Shown here one piece after another: positions 9,805 through 20,426 of a DNA stretch of 64,000 bases. Below the pieces are notes generated by a model. The model ran no database searches, was not told the DNA's origin, and saw nothing but the letters and a program-made list of their open reading frames with translations. The stretch covers positions 64,001 to 128,000 of the forward strand of contig JACOQA010000001.1 in assembly GCA_014297435.1 (NCBI GenBank). The letters run 5' to 3'. The translations under genes and the position numbers were made by a program. This stretch comes from Candidatus Nanohaloarchaea archaeon. GTDB lineage: Archaea > Nanohalarchaeota > Nanosalinia > Nanosalinales > Nanosalinaceae. Numbering within the stretch: the stretch's first letter is position 1; every line of letters begins with the position of its first letter.

Positions 9805-11475
9805 TCACATCATTCCGCCCATTCCTCCCATACCTCCGCCAGGCATTCCGCCTCCAGGACCTCCGGGCGGTCCGCCGGCTTCGTCGTCTCCGCCCATTCC
9901 GGAAGCAGAGATGACATCGTCTATACGGAGAATCATTTCTGATGCTTCTGAAGCGCTCTGAACTGCCTGTGTCTTCGTCTGCTTAGGCTCTACAACGCCT
10001 TGGTCAAACAGCTTCTGGGATTCGCCTGACGTAACATCGATTCCTGCCCAGGTCTCTCCAGCATCATGCTTGTTTCTCAGGTCGACAAGTGTGTCTATTG
10101 GATCGTAACCTGCATTTTCGGCAAGAGTTCTTGGAATTACTTCCATCGCATCTGCAAATGCGTTTATAGCTAGCTGTTCTCTTCCTCCTACTGAGTCTGC
10201 GTAGTCACGAAGTTCCTTTGCAAGTTCAACTTCTGTGGCTCCGCCGCCTCCGACAACTCTTCCGTTTCTAAGTGCGGAGGATACGCCGCCAATCGCATCT
10301 TCCATAGCTCTCTCGATTTCGTCGACAACGTGTTCTGTTCCGCCTCTGATAAGCAGTGATACGGATTTAGCTTCCGGACAGTCGTTGATAAACGTCATGG
10401 CGTCGCCGCCGATACGTTTTTGTTCGACTGTTCCTGCTTTACCTAGATCGCTTTCCTCGATATCTTCGATAGAGGTGACTATGTTTGCGTTGGTTGCCTT
10501 TGCCAGTTTATCCATGTCTGTCGAGCTGACTCGTCTTACGGCAAGGATTCCTTTCTTAGCTAGGTAGTGCTGTGCTATGTCGTCGATTCCTTTCTGGCAG
10601 AGTACGACATTTGCTCCAGATTCTGCGATTGAATTGACCATATCTTTCAACTGGTCTTCTTCCTGTTCGACAAAACTCTGCATCTGTGAAGGATCTGAGA
10701 TGTTGATCTCGGCGTCAGTTTCTGTCTCCTTGACTTCAATTGCGGAGTCTAGGAGCGCAATTTTTGCATCAGAGATGCTATCGGGCATTCCAGAGTGGGT
10801 TTTCTCCTTGTCTAGAATGACTCCTTCTACGAGTTCTGTCTCTTCGATTGAGCCACCTTGGCTCTTCTCTACTTTGATCATGTCTCTGTCAATAACGAAA
10901 CCGTCATCTGTTTCCTCTGCAACATCTTTAACTGCGTCAACAGCTAACTCTCCGAGGTATTCTCGGGAGGCTTCGGCGCTTTTGCCTGTCATCGCAGTCA
11001 TAGCGACCTTTCTCAAGGTTTCGTTATCGCTTAGTTCTACTTCTTCTGCTATATCGTCTAGTACCTGTGTGGATCTCTGCCGAGCCATCCTGTATCCTTT
11101 CGTTATTACGGTTGGATGGATTTCTTGGTCGAGAAGTTCTTCAGCTTGTTTGAGGAGTTCTCCGGCCAGAACTACGGCGGTTGTGGTTCCGTCTCCAACT
11201 TCTTCTTCCTGTGTCTGTGCTACCTCCACCATCATCTTGGCTGCGGGATGGTCGAGATCCATCTCTTCAAGTATTGTTACGCCGTCGTTTGTCACTACTA
11301 GGTCTCCTACGGAATCGACCATCATCTTGTCCATCCCTTTCGGTCCTAGCGTGGTTCTCACGGCTTTTGAAACACTTTTACATGCTGCAATATTGTTTTC
11401 TTGAGCATCTTCTCCTGTTGTTCTTTCCGCGTCTTCAGACATTATGAAAACTGGTTGTCCGCCTAGTCCTGGCAT
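9805..11475 (-). CDS. ths: Thermosome subunit (group II chaperonin)
   Basis: [19 protein letters not shown]-rich tail. Confidence 0.97.
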   Translation of the reverse strand: MPGLGGQPVFIMSEDAERTTGEDAQENNIAACKSVSKAVRTTLGPKGMDKMMVDSVGDLVVTNDGVTILEEMDLDHPAAKMMVEVAQTQEEEVGDGTTTAVVLAGELLKQAEELLDQEIHPTVITKGYRMARQRSTQVLDDIAEEVELSDNETLRKVAMTAMTGKSAEASREYLGELAVDAVKDVAEETDDGFVIDRDMIKVEKSQGGSIEETELVEGVILDKEKTHSGMPDSISDAKIALLDSAIEVKETETDAEINISDPSQMQSFVEQEEDQLKDMVNSIAESGANVVLCQKGIDDIAQHYLAKKGILAVRRVSSTDMDKLAKATNANIVTSIEDIEESDLGKAGTVEQKRIGGDAMTFINDCPEAKSVSLLIRGGTEHVVDEIERAMEDAIGGVSSALRNGRVVGGGGATEVELAKELRDYADSVGGREQLAINAFADAMEVIPRTLAENAGYDPIDTLVDLRNKHDAGETWAGIDVTSGESQKLFDQGVVEPKQTKTQAVQSASEASEMILRIDDVISASGMGGDDEAGGPPGGPGGGMPGGGMGGMGGMM

Positions 11476-11515
11476 AGAAGTTTAATCACCTATTTTTGTT
11501 GATGTATGTTAAAAT

Positions 11516-11559
11516 TTTAAAGATATCTCTAGTTTCAGATTCTAAACTATTCTAGAGAT
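11516..11559 (-). promoter_or_regulatory. Thermosome TATA box with adjacent nested inverted repeats
   Basis: TTTAAA 11516-11521; ATCTCTAG(11525-32)/CTAGAGAT(11552-59) and TAGTTT/AAACTA. Confidence 0.45.
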
Positions 11560-11577
11560 CTATTTTGAAATTTGGTG

Positions 11578-11636
11578 GTCGGTGATGAAAGGGTTTGATC
11601 TCCTGAAGTTGAAGCTGATCAAGTAATCATTGAATT
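11578..11636 (+). ncRNA. Candidate box C/D sRNA
   Basis: Intergenic perfect C box GTGATGA (11582-88), 14-nt spacer, CTGA (11603-06), then degenerate C' and CTGA/TTGA boxes. Confidence 0.4.
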
Positions 11637-11742
11637 GCTCAAAGTCCTCAAAGTAATAATATTCTATATAGAAGTTTCTGATCGTTAGAGCTGGACTTAA
11701 CGCAAAATATCCTTGCCAAATATTTCTTCTTTATTCCAGGAA

Positions 11743-13599
11743 TTACTCTGTGAATTCAGTAAGCTCCTCTCTTAGTAACTCTGAGATCGTAGCCCCGTCG
11801 GCATCCACCTTCTTTTGTAGTTCTCCCATTAGAGGTCCTTGAGCGCGCATACCTTGTTCCTCCACCATCTCTTGATTATTATCAATAACCTCTCTCACAG
11901 CATCACGTATTTCTTCATCATCTGCTTTACTTTCTCTAACGTCTTCTATTATCTTGGCGGGATTGGCTTGATAATCTTCTATCATCGATTTCAGAACGTC
12001 CTCTACGTCGCCTTTTTTGATATCCTCTGATTCTAGAGCTGAGAAAAGTGCTTCATAATGTCGTTCCTCTAGTTTATCGATCTCAAATCCTTCAGATTCA
12101 ACGCCTGCCTCTATATTGGTAAATATGTTGGCAGCAAGTTTAGAGTCTATTTTGTCCTTGAAATCTTCGAACAGTGCCAGTTTTCTTGACTTCACTATCT
12201 GACTTGCGAGTTCTTCTCCTATTTCTTCTTTGTAAATCTCTCTTCTTTCTTCTAGAGTTTTGGGCAAGTTCTTGTCGATTTCTTCAACCTTTTCGTTCTC
12301 AACTTTGATTGCAGGGATATCGGTTTCCGGATACATTCTCGCTGCGCCAGGTAGAGGTCTTGAATAACTGGTGGTGAAGTCCTGTTCGGCTGCTCTAGTC
12401 TCTTCCGGTACTTCTCCGGAATAAAGCATTTCGGCACGTCTTTTGACTTCTTGAGCGGCGTTCTTCGCCTGTTCTTTAGGTGCAGCTATAATAGCAAGAA
12501 CATCCCCATCCTTTCTATTGAAAACGTCTTCTAGTTCGTTAAACTCTTTTTCCAGACCGTATCCTTCGATGTCTTCGTCTGTATGGATTATGCCTCTAGG
12601 ACCCTGATTTCTGGCGTAGTCCACAAGTTCTTTCGCTACGTATCGATCTCCAGAAATACTCTGTTTCATCTTGTCAGTCATTCCAGGCATTTTTATCGCG
12701 TAAACTGCTCCATCATTCTCTAAAACAGTTGAGACGATCTGGTTTTCTGTATCCTCAAAGATATGGGTTACATTATCTCCTACAACCTCTGCTTGCGGAA
12801 GTTCTTCCCCAAGTTCCACCAGACTTTTCTGTCGTTCAACCTCAAGTTCAATCAACTTGTCAATATTTTTGACGTCCTGGAATCCCTTTATCTCGACTCT
12901 TGAACCCTCTTCTATAGAAACGTTGACGTCCTGTCTGATTGTTCCAAGCCCTCTCCTTGCCTTTCCTGTAGAACGCAGAAGCATACCTATCTTTTCCGCA
13001 ACTTCACGAGCGTGTTCAGCATTTTTGATAGAGGCATCGGTCCCTACCTCAATCAGAGGAACTCCTAGACGGTTCAAGTCATAAACTGCCTTTTCTTGGT
13101 CTCTTTCATGTATTCCTGCTGACTCTTCCTCAAGTTCAATATCATCTATTTTTACTCTGCCTGATTCGGTCTCTAGTTCGCCGTCAAGTCCGATCATTGC
13201 AGTTCTCTGGAAACCGGAGGTGTTTGAGCCGTCGACAACTATCTTTCTCATGACTTGTATCTCGTCAGGTATATCAGCCTCAATCATTCGGGCAAAGGTT
13301 AGAGCTGTGTTGAGAGCTTCCTCATCCATAGAGTGTGGAGGTTCCTCGTCAAGTTCTACCAGGCAGTTGTTCCTCTTATAGTATTTGTAGATAAACTTGG
13401 TGGATTTCTGGGCTTCTTTCTCTGCAGCTTCATCTGATTCTCCGCTTTCACCTTTAACCGCTCTCAAACGCCTTTGCACTCTCGCATCAGCATTTTCGTC
13501 AACTAAATCCACAGGACAGCTGCAGAAAAGTTTCTCTTCTGTATTAAGCTGCTGATGGATTTCAATCCCACATTTAAACCCTAGACCTTTGTAATCCAT
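11743..13599 (-). CDS. gatE: Glu-tRNA(Gln) amidotransferase subunit E
   Basis: GIEIHQQL..KLFCSCP, MRKIVVDGSNTSGFQRT, RPLPGAARMYPETD. Confidence 0.97.
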   Translation of the reverse strand: MDYKGLGFKCGIEIHQQLNTEEKLFCSCPVDLVDENADARVQRRLRAVKGESGESDEAAEKEAQKSTKFIYKYYKRNNCLVELDEEPPHSMDEEALNTALTFARMIEADIPDEIQVMRKIVVDGSNTSGFQRTAMIGLDGELETESGRVKIDDIELEEESAGIHERDQEKAVYDLNRLGVPLIEVGTDASIKNAEHAREVAEKIGMLLRSTGKARRGLGTIRQDVNVSIEEGSRVEIKGFQDVKNIDKLIELEVERQKSLVELGEELPQAEVVGDNVTHIFEDTENQIVSTVLENDGAVYAIKMPGMTDKMKQSISGDRYVAKELVDYARNQGPRGIIHTDEDIEGYGLEKEFNELEDVFNRKDGDVLAIIAAPKEQAKNAAQEVKRRAEMLYSGEVPEETRAAEQDFTTSYSRPLPGAARMYPETDIPAIKVENEKVEEIDKNLPKTLEERREIYKEEIGEELASQIVKSRKLALFEDFKDKIDSKLAANIFTNIEAGVESEGFEIDKLEERHYEALFSALESEDIKKGDVEDVLKSMIEDYQANPAKIIEDVRESKADDEEIRDAVREVIDNNQEMVEEQGMRAQGPLMGELQKKVDADGATISELLREELTEFTE

Positions 13600-14162
13600 T
13601 ATTCTATCACCTCTAAGTGCTCTTCTGCATTCTCTCTATCCTCTATTTCTTTATAAGCCATCAGAATATTGTAAGCATCGCTTACGGCTTCATGGTATTT
13701 TTCTTTGTCTGATTCAAGCAATAAGAGTTCTTTATCCACTTCAAAAACTTTTTCTTCTCTTAAATTTCCATTAAGGGCGTCCCGAATCTTATCCGCAGTC
13801 ATGAAATATTCGTCAGATATACGAGAAGCGATTTCAGCAGTTCTCTCGGCTTCATCCTCGTTCTCAAAAAAGTAAAGGTTTCTGTCTTGATACCATCCTT
13901 TTTTCTCGACTTCGAGGTGTTTAAGGGCTTCTTCAGCCGTAAAGGCAGCTATATCATCTAGAGTGTTGATTACTACTTCCTGATCTGAGACTGAATAGAG
14001 CTCTTCTGAAGATGAGGTATTTATGGCGTCGGTGTTGACCTCATCATCAAGCTCTCTTCTTGCTCTATCCACGACTTCTTTAGGTTCTGTATCGTGTTCT
14101 GAGACGTCAAGTTTTCTGCTCTTTATCCCTGTCAGGGACATGTCAACTTTAGCTTTCGACAA
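13599..14162 (-). CDS. Hypothetical protein (start uncertain)
   Basis: Acidic ORF translationally coupled to gatE. Confidence 0.65.
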   Translation of the reverse strand: MSKAKVDMSLTGIKSRKLDVSEHDTEPKEVVDRARRELDDEVNTDAINTSSSEELYSVSDQEVVINTLDDIAAFTAEEALKHLEVEKKGWYQDRNLYFFENEDEAERTAEIASRISDEYFMTADKIRDALNGNLREEKVFEVDKELLLLESDKEKYHEAVSDAYNILMAYKEIEDRENAEEHLEVIE

Positions 14163-14691
14163 TGTTTTTCACCTTTAATTCCAGTTCTTCTAGACTTATT
14201 CCGTCGTTTTTAATTATTATATCGCTTAAAGCCATAAGTTTTCCTACGCCGTTCTCTATCTCTCTAATGTCGCGCTCTTCGAAGTCATCTCCTTTCTTGT
14301 CTTCTTCTCTCTGCCTCTCCTCACGCCTTTCTTTCCTTGTTTTGCGTGGCGCCCAGGTCGCGACCATCTTTATTTCGGATTCTAACTCGTTCTCGAATCT
14401 TTGTTTTTCGTTCCAACCTCTCATTCCGGTGATAACTATTTTTCCCTGCTCTTCAATCATCTCTTCGAGATAAGGAATCGATAGCTGGGCTATCGCATCT
14501 CCGCCATGCTCATCCCTCATTTCGTTGACGAACTCTCCTGTCTTCTCAGTAGGAATATTTCTTTTATTCATCTCGATCCTGACAACTTCGCCCATATCAA
14601 GGACTGTAAAATCAAGTTGTTCCTTCATTATGTCGGCTACGGTTGTTTTTCCGGATAAGGGCATCCCTGTTACTCCGTATATCTCTGTCAT
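14149..14691 (-). CDS. UPF0200-type nucleotide kinase (archaeal dephospho-CoA kinase-like)
   Basis: GVTGMPLSGKTT P-loop, DMGEVVR, F.ERD.RE...GVG. Confidence 0.8.
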   Translation of the reverse strand: MTEIYGVTGMPLSGKTTVADIMKEQLDFTVLDMGEVVRIEMNKRNIPTEKTGEFVNEMRDEHGGDAIAQLSIPYLEEMIEEQGKIVITGMRGWNEKQRFENELESEIKMVATWAPRKTRKERREERQREEDKKGDDFEERDIREIENGVGKLMALSDIIIKNDGISLEELELKVKNIVES

Positions 14692-14897
14692 TCTGCTATC
14701 AGCTCGTCTATTTCATCTCTGATGTCTTTGCAGTAATTGAAAAAATCATCTTCATCATCTACTTTTTCAGGATAGGACTCAAGTTCCCATGGTTCGATTT
14801 CCGGGTAAATATTTCTTTTCTCCTTCAATGTATCGATGTAGAGGTTGGCGAACTCGTAGACTTGGTGCCCCCAGTCGCCCTTTGGTAGTTTAACCAT
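14688..14897 (-). CDS. Small hypothetical protein
   Basis: 69 aa, acidic, overlaps both neighbours in the operon. Confidence 0.6.
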   Translation of the reverse strand: MVKLPKGDWGHQVYEFANLYIDTLKEKRNIYPEIEPWELESYPEKVDDEDDFFNYCKDIRDEIDELIAE

Positions 14898-16188
14898 TAA
14901 ACGTTGACCTCCTGTTGATTTCTCCGTTAATATCGGTTTGGAACAGTTCCTTAGCTTCCTCCATCGACTCTGAGTTAGCTAGGCTCCACATCAATTTCAC
15001 ATAAGCCAATTCGGGATGCATATCTCCCGCCTCAATAATTCCAGCCTCCTGTATCTTAATGCCTGCGCTGTAGACGTTCATGTCTGTTCTGCCGTTAATG
15101 CACTGTGAAGACATCGCTACCAAGGACTGATCTGCAAGTTCTTCGAGCTTGTTCAGAATCTTTTTGTGGTGTGATGTTTTTTCGTCGAATGAGTCAACAG
15201 GCATATGTCCTAAGCCGGTTCCCTCTATAATCACTCCGCCATAATCTTGTTCGATCATGAACTCCAGCTCTTCCGGTTTCATTCCGGGTCGTACCTTCAG
15301 CAGTCCTACGTCGGTGGTAAGATCGAATTGAGGATTGTATTCACTTCTTTTTGTCTCAAAGTTCTTTTGGATTTCATCTTCCTCGTAGTTTACTATTCCC
15401 AGTGGTTCGGAGTTTATAGGTTCAAAAGCATCTCTTTTCGAAGTGTGCATCTTTCTGATCTTAGCTGCGTTCATTATCTTGCAATTTGTGTCGCTAGATG
15501 AGCTGTGCATACAAATCCCCACCCCTTTAAAACCTGTTTCGATCAGGAAGTCTGCTGCACAGTGAAGATTCATTACTGCGTCTGTACTCGGTCTGTCGCT
15601 GCTTCTTTGGGAGCCTACTAAGATCACTCCTGTGTCAATATTGTTTAACATAAGAGAGAGTGCTGCTCCTGTGTAGCTCATGGTGTCTGTTCCGTGTCCA
15701 ACGATTATGCCATCGTATTCATCTTTAACTTCATCGATCTTTCTTGCTATCTCCTGCCAATGCTCTGGCTCCATGTTTTCAGAGAGCATTTGTGCAACTA
15801 GTTCAGAATATATGTTGCACTTTTCTGCTAGCTCGGGATACATCTCTACTAGATCTTCAGGGTCAAAGGCGGGTTTTACGCCACCTTCCTCGTATGATAC
15901 TCTTGAGGCGATAGTTCCTCCGGTGTGAAGTACAAGGATGTCTGGTTTGTCTTCGCTATGAGGCACTTCTGGCTTCTCTACTTCTTTTGATTCTCTCTCC
16001 TCCACTAACTCAATTTCTTCAGGTTCTAGACCAATATTGTAGCCTGAGGCTAATTTGAGAACTATTGAATCTGGATCTCCGCTCTCAGGTTTCGGCATCA
16101 ATCTTCCTTCTCTGCCGTTAACCTTTACGAGATCGCCTTTCTCAATATCTTTTTCTTCAAGAAGATCATGGATTTCGTCTGAGTACAT
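14890..16188 (-). CDS. gatD: Glu-tRNA(Gln) amidotransferase subunit D
   Basis: LKLASGYNIG, HTGGTIASRV, HGTDTM, GSQRSSDRPS; start moved to MYSDEI. Confidence 0.96.
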   Translation of the reverse strand: MYSDEIHDLLEEKDIEKGDLVKVNGREGRLMPKPESGDPDSIVLKLASGYNIGLEPEEIELVEERESKEVEKPEVPHSEDKPDILVLHTGGTIASRVSYEEGGVKPAFDPEDLVEMYPELAEKCNIYSELVAQMLSENMEPEHWQEIARKIDEVKDEYDGIIVGHGTDTMSYTGAALSLMLNNIDTGVILVGSQRSSDRPSTDAVMNLHCAADFLIETGFKGVGICMHSSSSDTNCKIMNAAKIRKMHTSKRDAFEPINSEPLGIVNYEEDEIQKNFETKRSEYNPQFDLTTDVGLLKVRPGMKPEELEFMIEQDYGGVIIEGTGLGHMPVDSFDEKTSHHKKILNKLEELADQSLVAMSSQCINGRTDMNVYSAGIKIQEAGIIEAGDMHPELAYVKLMWSLANSESMEEAKELFQTDINGEINRRSTFNG

Positions 16189-16290
16189 AAATTTGGTCGG
16201 GCGTTTAAACCTTAATAAATCAACCCGCGACACCAAATTGTAATACGAAAATAGGTAAATCGCAAAAATAATGGTTTTTGTAATACAAAT

Positions 16291-17022
16291 TTATCTGAAG
16301 TTCTGGACATCTATCTTCAGGAAGTCCGCGCCAGTAGGAAGCTGGTAAAGAACATCATACTTGAATCCATAATCGCTTGAAACCGTAGCCTTGATTCTCC
16401 CCGTACCTATGTATTCGCCGAGTTGTTCAGCCTCTGTGTATCCTGTTCCATAACTTGAGCTTGGCTCGGCATTAAGCTTAACGGTTATATTGCCATCAAG
16501 ATTCTTATTAGATCCTTCAGAGCTCTTGAACTCGTAAAGAACGACTAGTTTTGAGGTGTTTATGTTTTGAGGGGAGCCACTAGAACCAACATTCTTAATA
16601 CAAGCCTTAATATGATCATTTTTCATCAAATAACAGGGCGTGCCATCTATTGTGGTCTTATTCACCTTCACATTAGCCGAGGAGCTCAGGATTATGTTCC
16701 CATCTCTTTTCGAAGTTTGGGGGGATATCACGCTTGCGTCCGTACGAAGTTCGTAGATGAGAGATTCTGTATCATTGTTGAAGTATAGATCTCCTCTATC
16801 AAAGCTTACATCCATGGTTCTGGTCGAGCCTTCACCTTCTGAGACCACCTCTTGAACATTTGAGTCTACAGTCTGCATGAAGTTCTGGGCTTTCCTTATG
16901 GAGTTGGCATCCTGCATGTTTTCAAGTGCGGGAGCACCAACTGTAATCGCTCCAGAGATCGCAGTTACCGTAACGCCCACATAGATTGCCATGGTCGCGA
17001 TCTCCGAGACTCCTTTCGACAT
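16291..17022 (-). CDS. Minor pilin-like protein (class III signal peptide)
   Basis: MSKG|VSEIATMAIYVGVTV; VVSEGEGS resembles VSDEGTGT of 7002..7676. Confidence 0.7.
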   Translation of the reverse strand: MSKGVSEIATMAIYVGVTVTAISGAITVGAPALENMQDANSIRKAQNFMQTVDSNVQEVVSEGEGSTRTMDVSFDRGDLYFNNDTESLIYELRTDASVISPQTSKRDGNIILSSSANVKVNKTTIDGTPCYLMKNDHIKACIKNVGSSGSPQNINTSKLVVLYEFKSSEGSNKNLDGNITVKLNAEPSSSYGTGYTEAEQLGEYIGTGRIKATVSSDYGFKYDVLYQLPTGADFLKIDVQNFR

Positions 17023-17052
17023 AATTAATTGTCATTTTTGCTGTCTTAAATA

Positions 17053-17601
17053 TTAATGGAGCTGACTGTTGATCCAGGTCTCCCCATTATCCCTCATGCG
17101 CGACCATACAAAGATACGGGGATTAGAGAAATTGAACGACTTGTCGATGTCCAGAGAGCTTGCAGTAACCCTTACGTTTGAAACTCCTTCTGGAAGACTA
17201 ATCTCTTTGGATTGTTTTGATTCAAGAGTTAGGTTCGACCATGAGCCATCCAGTTTCACTCCAGGTCGCAACAAAGATTCACCATAGTTTAAAATCATGG
17301 CTTTATCGGCATAGGGCAGCACGGCAAAATCAAATCCTCTATAGTCTATTCCTTTAGTACTGGTCTGTCTCTCTAGAAATCTATGCGTGTTGTAGATTTT
17401 TTTCTCCAAATAAATTACTGAACTATTTTTCTCAAGTCCGCTTCCAAAGGCTTTAGCTGGCTGATCAACCGAATTCGAGAAATAATTTTTGAAATAAGTT
17501 TTTTCTCCGCTTTCGACGAAGTTGCCGAATGAATATACGGTTAGAAGTATGAAGCTTGCAAAAACTATGGCTGAGAGTATGAATATCTGACCTTTCTTCA
17601 C
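17053..17601 (-). CDS. Minor pilin-like protein (class III signal peptide)
   Basis: MKKG|QIFILSAIVFASFILL. Confidence 0.7.
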   Translation of the reverse strand: MKKGQIFILSAIVFASFILLTVYSFGNFVESGEKTYFKNYFSNSVDQPAKAFGSGLEKNSSVIYLEKKIYNTHRFLERQTSTKGIDYRGFDFAVLPYADKAMILNYGESLLRPGVKLDGSWSNLTLESKQSKEISLPEGVSNVRVTASSLDIDKSFNFSNPRIFVWSRMRDNGETWINSQLH

Positions 17602-18173
17602 CTGTAGCTCGCCACCCTTATTTCACGGCTTGAATTTTCAAAGTAGGGGAAGTTGACCGTGTAAACGTTTTCCCTACTAGGAATAGAACCTTCTGTCCAA
17701 TATCTGTTGAACGAAAGGGAAACTTCTCCGTTACCTGTAAGATTTAGCCACCCGTGTGTTGGTTCAGGGTTTTTAGAGTAATAGCCGGTTCTGCTAATAT
17801 TTTCCAAGATTTTCTGTCCGTTAAAGCTTAAATTAAGGTTTTCAGCGTTCTTTATCCATATCTGAATATCGGAATTATCAGAACTATCTAAATGGATCTG
17901 ATCTGGAGAATCTAGTTCGTAATAACTTGAATTCATATGAATAATAGACACTGAAGCATTGAAATTAGCAGGCAAGACTTCTTCAACGTCTTTTTCAATT
18001 TTCTGAGGTTTTAAGTCAAGCCTACCTCTTTCTTGAAGTGTTTCGAGTTTTTCTACCACGCCTGTCATTTCAAAGTCGGGCTGTTGGCTGGTCTGAGGCA
18101 GTACAACCAAGATCATGGTAAGTATGAGTGTTGAAGCTATAACTGCCTCTAAGGTATGTATGAAACCTTTCAC
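17598..18173 (-). CDS. Minor pilin-like protein (class III signal peptide)
   Basis: MKG|FIHTLEAVIASTLILTMIL. Confidence 0.7.
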   Translation of the reverse strand: MKGFIHTLEAVIASTLILTMILVVLPQTSQQPDFEMTGVVEKLETLQERGRLDLKPQKIEKDVEEVLPANFNASVSIIHMNSSYYELDSPDQIHLDSSDNSDIQIWIKNAENLNLSFNGQKILENISRTGYYSKNPEPTHGWLNLTGNGEVSLSFNRYWTEGSIPSRENVYTVNFPYFENSSREIRVASYR

Positions 18174-19336
18174 CAGACATTCAACCTCATTTCTAGGTCT
18201 GTCAGGCTTCCGTTTCTGTAGAAACCGGTCAAGAATTTTTGTCTTGAAACGACTTCTTGTAATGGTGTCGGATAGCCCATTGAAGCTAATTTGCCCGAAT
18301 TATCGGAAATAGAAAGATTAAAGTTTTCTGGACTTATATCAAGTGCTTCTTCCAAATCTTGATTCGACTTATTGTTTAAGTTCTTAATTTTATCGACGGA
18401 AACAGTAGAAAAGCTTTCCAAAGGTCCAAAAACTATTCTTCCTTGTTTATAGGAGTTAATTCTTTTTTTACCGTAAGAATGGTCTTTGTCATGAAGCCTT
18501 ATCCTGAGGCGCTCTGAGTCTATTTCGGCTAATACAGTTGAGCTATCTGGTTTTGAAACCTTGGCATTTAGTTTTCCAATGAAGCTAATTCCATAATTGG
18601 AAGCGACAGTAAATCCTGAGGTTTTTCCATCCTTGAATAAACCTGTTCCAGCTAGTTCTGTTGTAGAATCATCTTTCGCCCAGTAGAGTTTTGACATGTT
18701 TTTCAATCTGAAAGATAAACCTGAAGCGTTCTCGATTATAATTTCCTTGGAGTTATTATAGATCTTTAAGCCGGCGTCTTCCAGCTCTGCATGCAAAAGA
18801 TTGTTCTTGATGTCAAAAGTTCCTATGCCGAGGTCGGCAGATGAAGAAAGAACTTCTTTACCGTTTATTCTCATCGATTCCAGTCCGTTTCCACCAGTCA
18901 TTACTGAAATAAATGAGTTGTTCATCCAATCGTTGATCTCGATATCGCTATAGAGATCTCCTGTCAGGTTTTCTGCATAAAGATTTATCTCTCTCGTACT
19001 GTCCGTTTTGTCTAATATCATTATGGTTCTGTTCTCGTGTAGCTCTGCTGCTTGTTCTTTGAGGCTTGCGTTTCTGTAATAATTGTTGAAGAAATGTCTG
19101 CGATCTACGGGTACGTTAGAAATTGAATTTGGAGATTCCATTATTAGGGATTTTCGACCAATCGGGCTGGAAGTTTCTGATATTAGTTGGTTGGATGTTT
19201 CAAGAGCGATGTTTTCCAGGTTCCCTGTGTTTCCTCCGGTCTGGTAACTAGATAGAAAAATAATGCTTGAGAGGAGTGTAACTATCATCAGACCGAGTCC
19301 TATTGACCAGTCGATGTTTACCGTTTGTCCTTTCAA
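18170..19336 (-). CDS. Pilin-like protein (class III signal peptide)
   Basis: MKG|QTVNIDWSIGLGLMIVTLL; many N-x-S/T sequons. Confidence 0.7.
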   Translation of the reverse strand: MKGQTVNIDWSIGLGLMIVTLLSSIIFLSSYQTGGNTGNLENIALETSNQLISETSSPIGRKSLIMESPNSISNVPVDRRHFFNNYYRNASLKEQAAELHENRTIMILDKTDSTREINLYAENLTGDLYSDIEINDWMNNSFISVMTGGNGLESMRINGKEVLSSSADLGIGTFDIKNNLLHAELEDAGLKIYNNSKEIIIENASGLSFRLKNMSKLYWAKDDSTTELAGTGLFKDGKTSGFTVASNYGISFIGKLNAKVSKPDSSTVLAEIDSERLRIRLHDKDHSYGKKRINSYKQGRIVFGPLESFSTVSVDKIKNLNNKSNQDLEEALDISPENFNLSISDNSGKLASMGYPTPLQEVVSRQKFLTGFYRNGSLTDLEMRLNVW

Positions 19337-20244
19337 TTAATATTCACCTTGTCTGAACCAGTTTTCTCGATGGAAATCGAGTATCTTCCGGATGATAGGT
19401 CCAGATTGGAGGTAATACCGGTTTCAGGTCGATAAATTACTCTAACCAGAGGATTGGTGTATATAGTAAAACCAAAGTTCGGCTTTAGTTTGTTGAGAAG
19501 ATTTCTATTGTTTATGAGCTGCTTTCTATTATTGATGGTGCTGTAACTGCCTTCTGTGAAAGGCAGGATGAAATTTGCCTGGTTATAACTTCTTGTAAGT
19601 CTCAAAACATTGTCTTTACGTATTTTTCGCTCAGCTTTCAAGAAGCTTGGAGCAACTATTCCGGAAATATAGTTTTCTGAATCTGAAACTAAGTAAGGGA
19701 AGTCTGCTGGAGGCATAATACTTTTTTCTGATGAGAGTTGTTGGCTGTCAAAATAGGTTGTGTCGGAAGAGCTCAGATTAAAATTCATCTCCAAAGTTAC
19801 ATTTTCAGGGCTTTGGTAGCTCCCACAAATCTTTGTATCGAAAACTGAAGGTTTAGAAACGTGTGCATTATCTTTCGATGAAACGGAGAAAAGAACGGTT
19901 GAGTTGGATGGACAAGATCCTTTTGAGGTGGTTGTCGCCATCCTGCCAGTACATACGTTCAGATTATACGAATCGAAGACCGAGAAATGTGCTTTCTCTT
20001 CACGTGATGAAAGATAGAATCCGGTATTAGCGTCGCACGATGTACCTATACTTGAGTCTTCTATTCCAGAAATACAGACGTTATTCGAGAAAAAATCAGG
20101 TTCTGCAGGGTGGCTATAGGCTTCACTACTGTCAAAAGAGATAACAGGTTCATAGTTTCCGCAGTCCTCGGCGTACTTCACGTCCAATGCCGCAGAGCTG
20201 GGAAGCAGAAGGCAGACAGCTAGTAAAATTTTATACATTTTCAT
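19333..20244 (-). CDS. Secreted protein with three Cys/His repeats
   Basis: Sec signal MKMYKILLAVCLLLPSSAA; 3x C...S.....H......C. Confidence 0.75.
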   Translation of the reverse strand: MKMYKILLAVCLLLPSSAALDVKYAEDCGNYEPVISFDSSEAYSHPAEPDFFSNNVCISGIEDSSIGTSCDANTGFYLSSREEKAHFSVFDSYNLNVCTGRMATTTSKGSCPSNSTVLFSVSSKDNAHVSKPSVFDTKICGSYQSPENVTLEMNFNLSSSDTTYFDSQQLSSEKSIMPPADFPYLVSDSENYISGIVAPSFLKAERKIRKDNVLRLTRSYNQANFILPFTEGSYSTINNRKQLINNRNLLNKLKPNFGFTIYTNPLVRVIYRPETGITSNLDLSSGRYSISIEKTGSDKVNIN

Positions 20245-20426
20245 AAGTAGAAAATTTGTCTTTTCTCCGTTATTAAACCTATACGACCTCATCAGTTCAA
20301 TGACGTTAGGGAAAGATGGCGGGAATACCTCAAGTTATCTAGTTAAACTCTGAACTGTCGAACTAGTTCACACCTTTAAAATTCATAACATAGGAGAAAA
20401 TCGGTTTTAGGCAAGTTCAATCAAAT

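Noticed and set aside
10235-11447. Long antisense ORFs over the thermosome, and similar shadows over gatE, gltX, PCNA and psmA
   Set aside because: Ser/Phe-rich mirror frames produced by the codon bias of acidic proteins; the opposite strand has clear family motifs
20293-20369. CAGTTCA/TGAACTG inverted repeat enclosing ATGACG...CTGA, a possible C/D sRNA
   Set aside because: C box imperfect and no recognisable internal D'/C' boxes; could be chance or an operator
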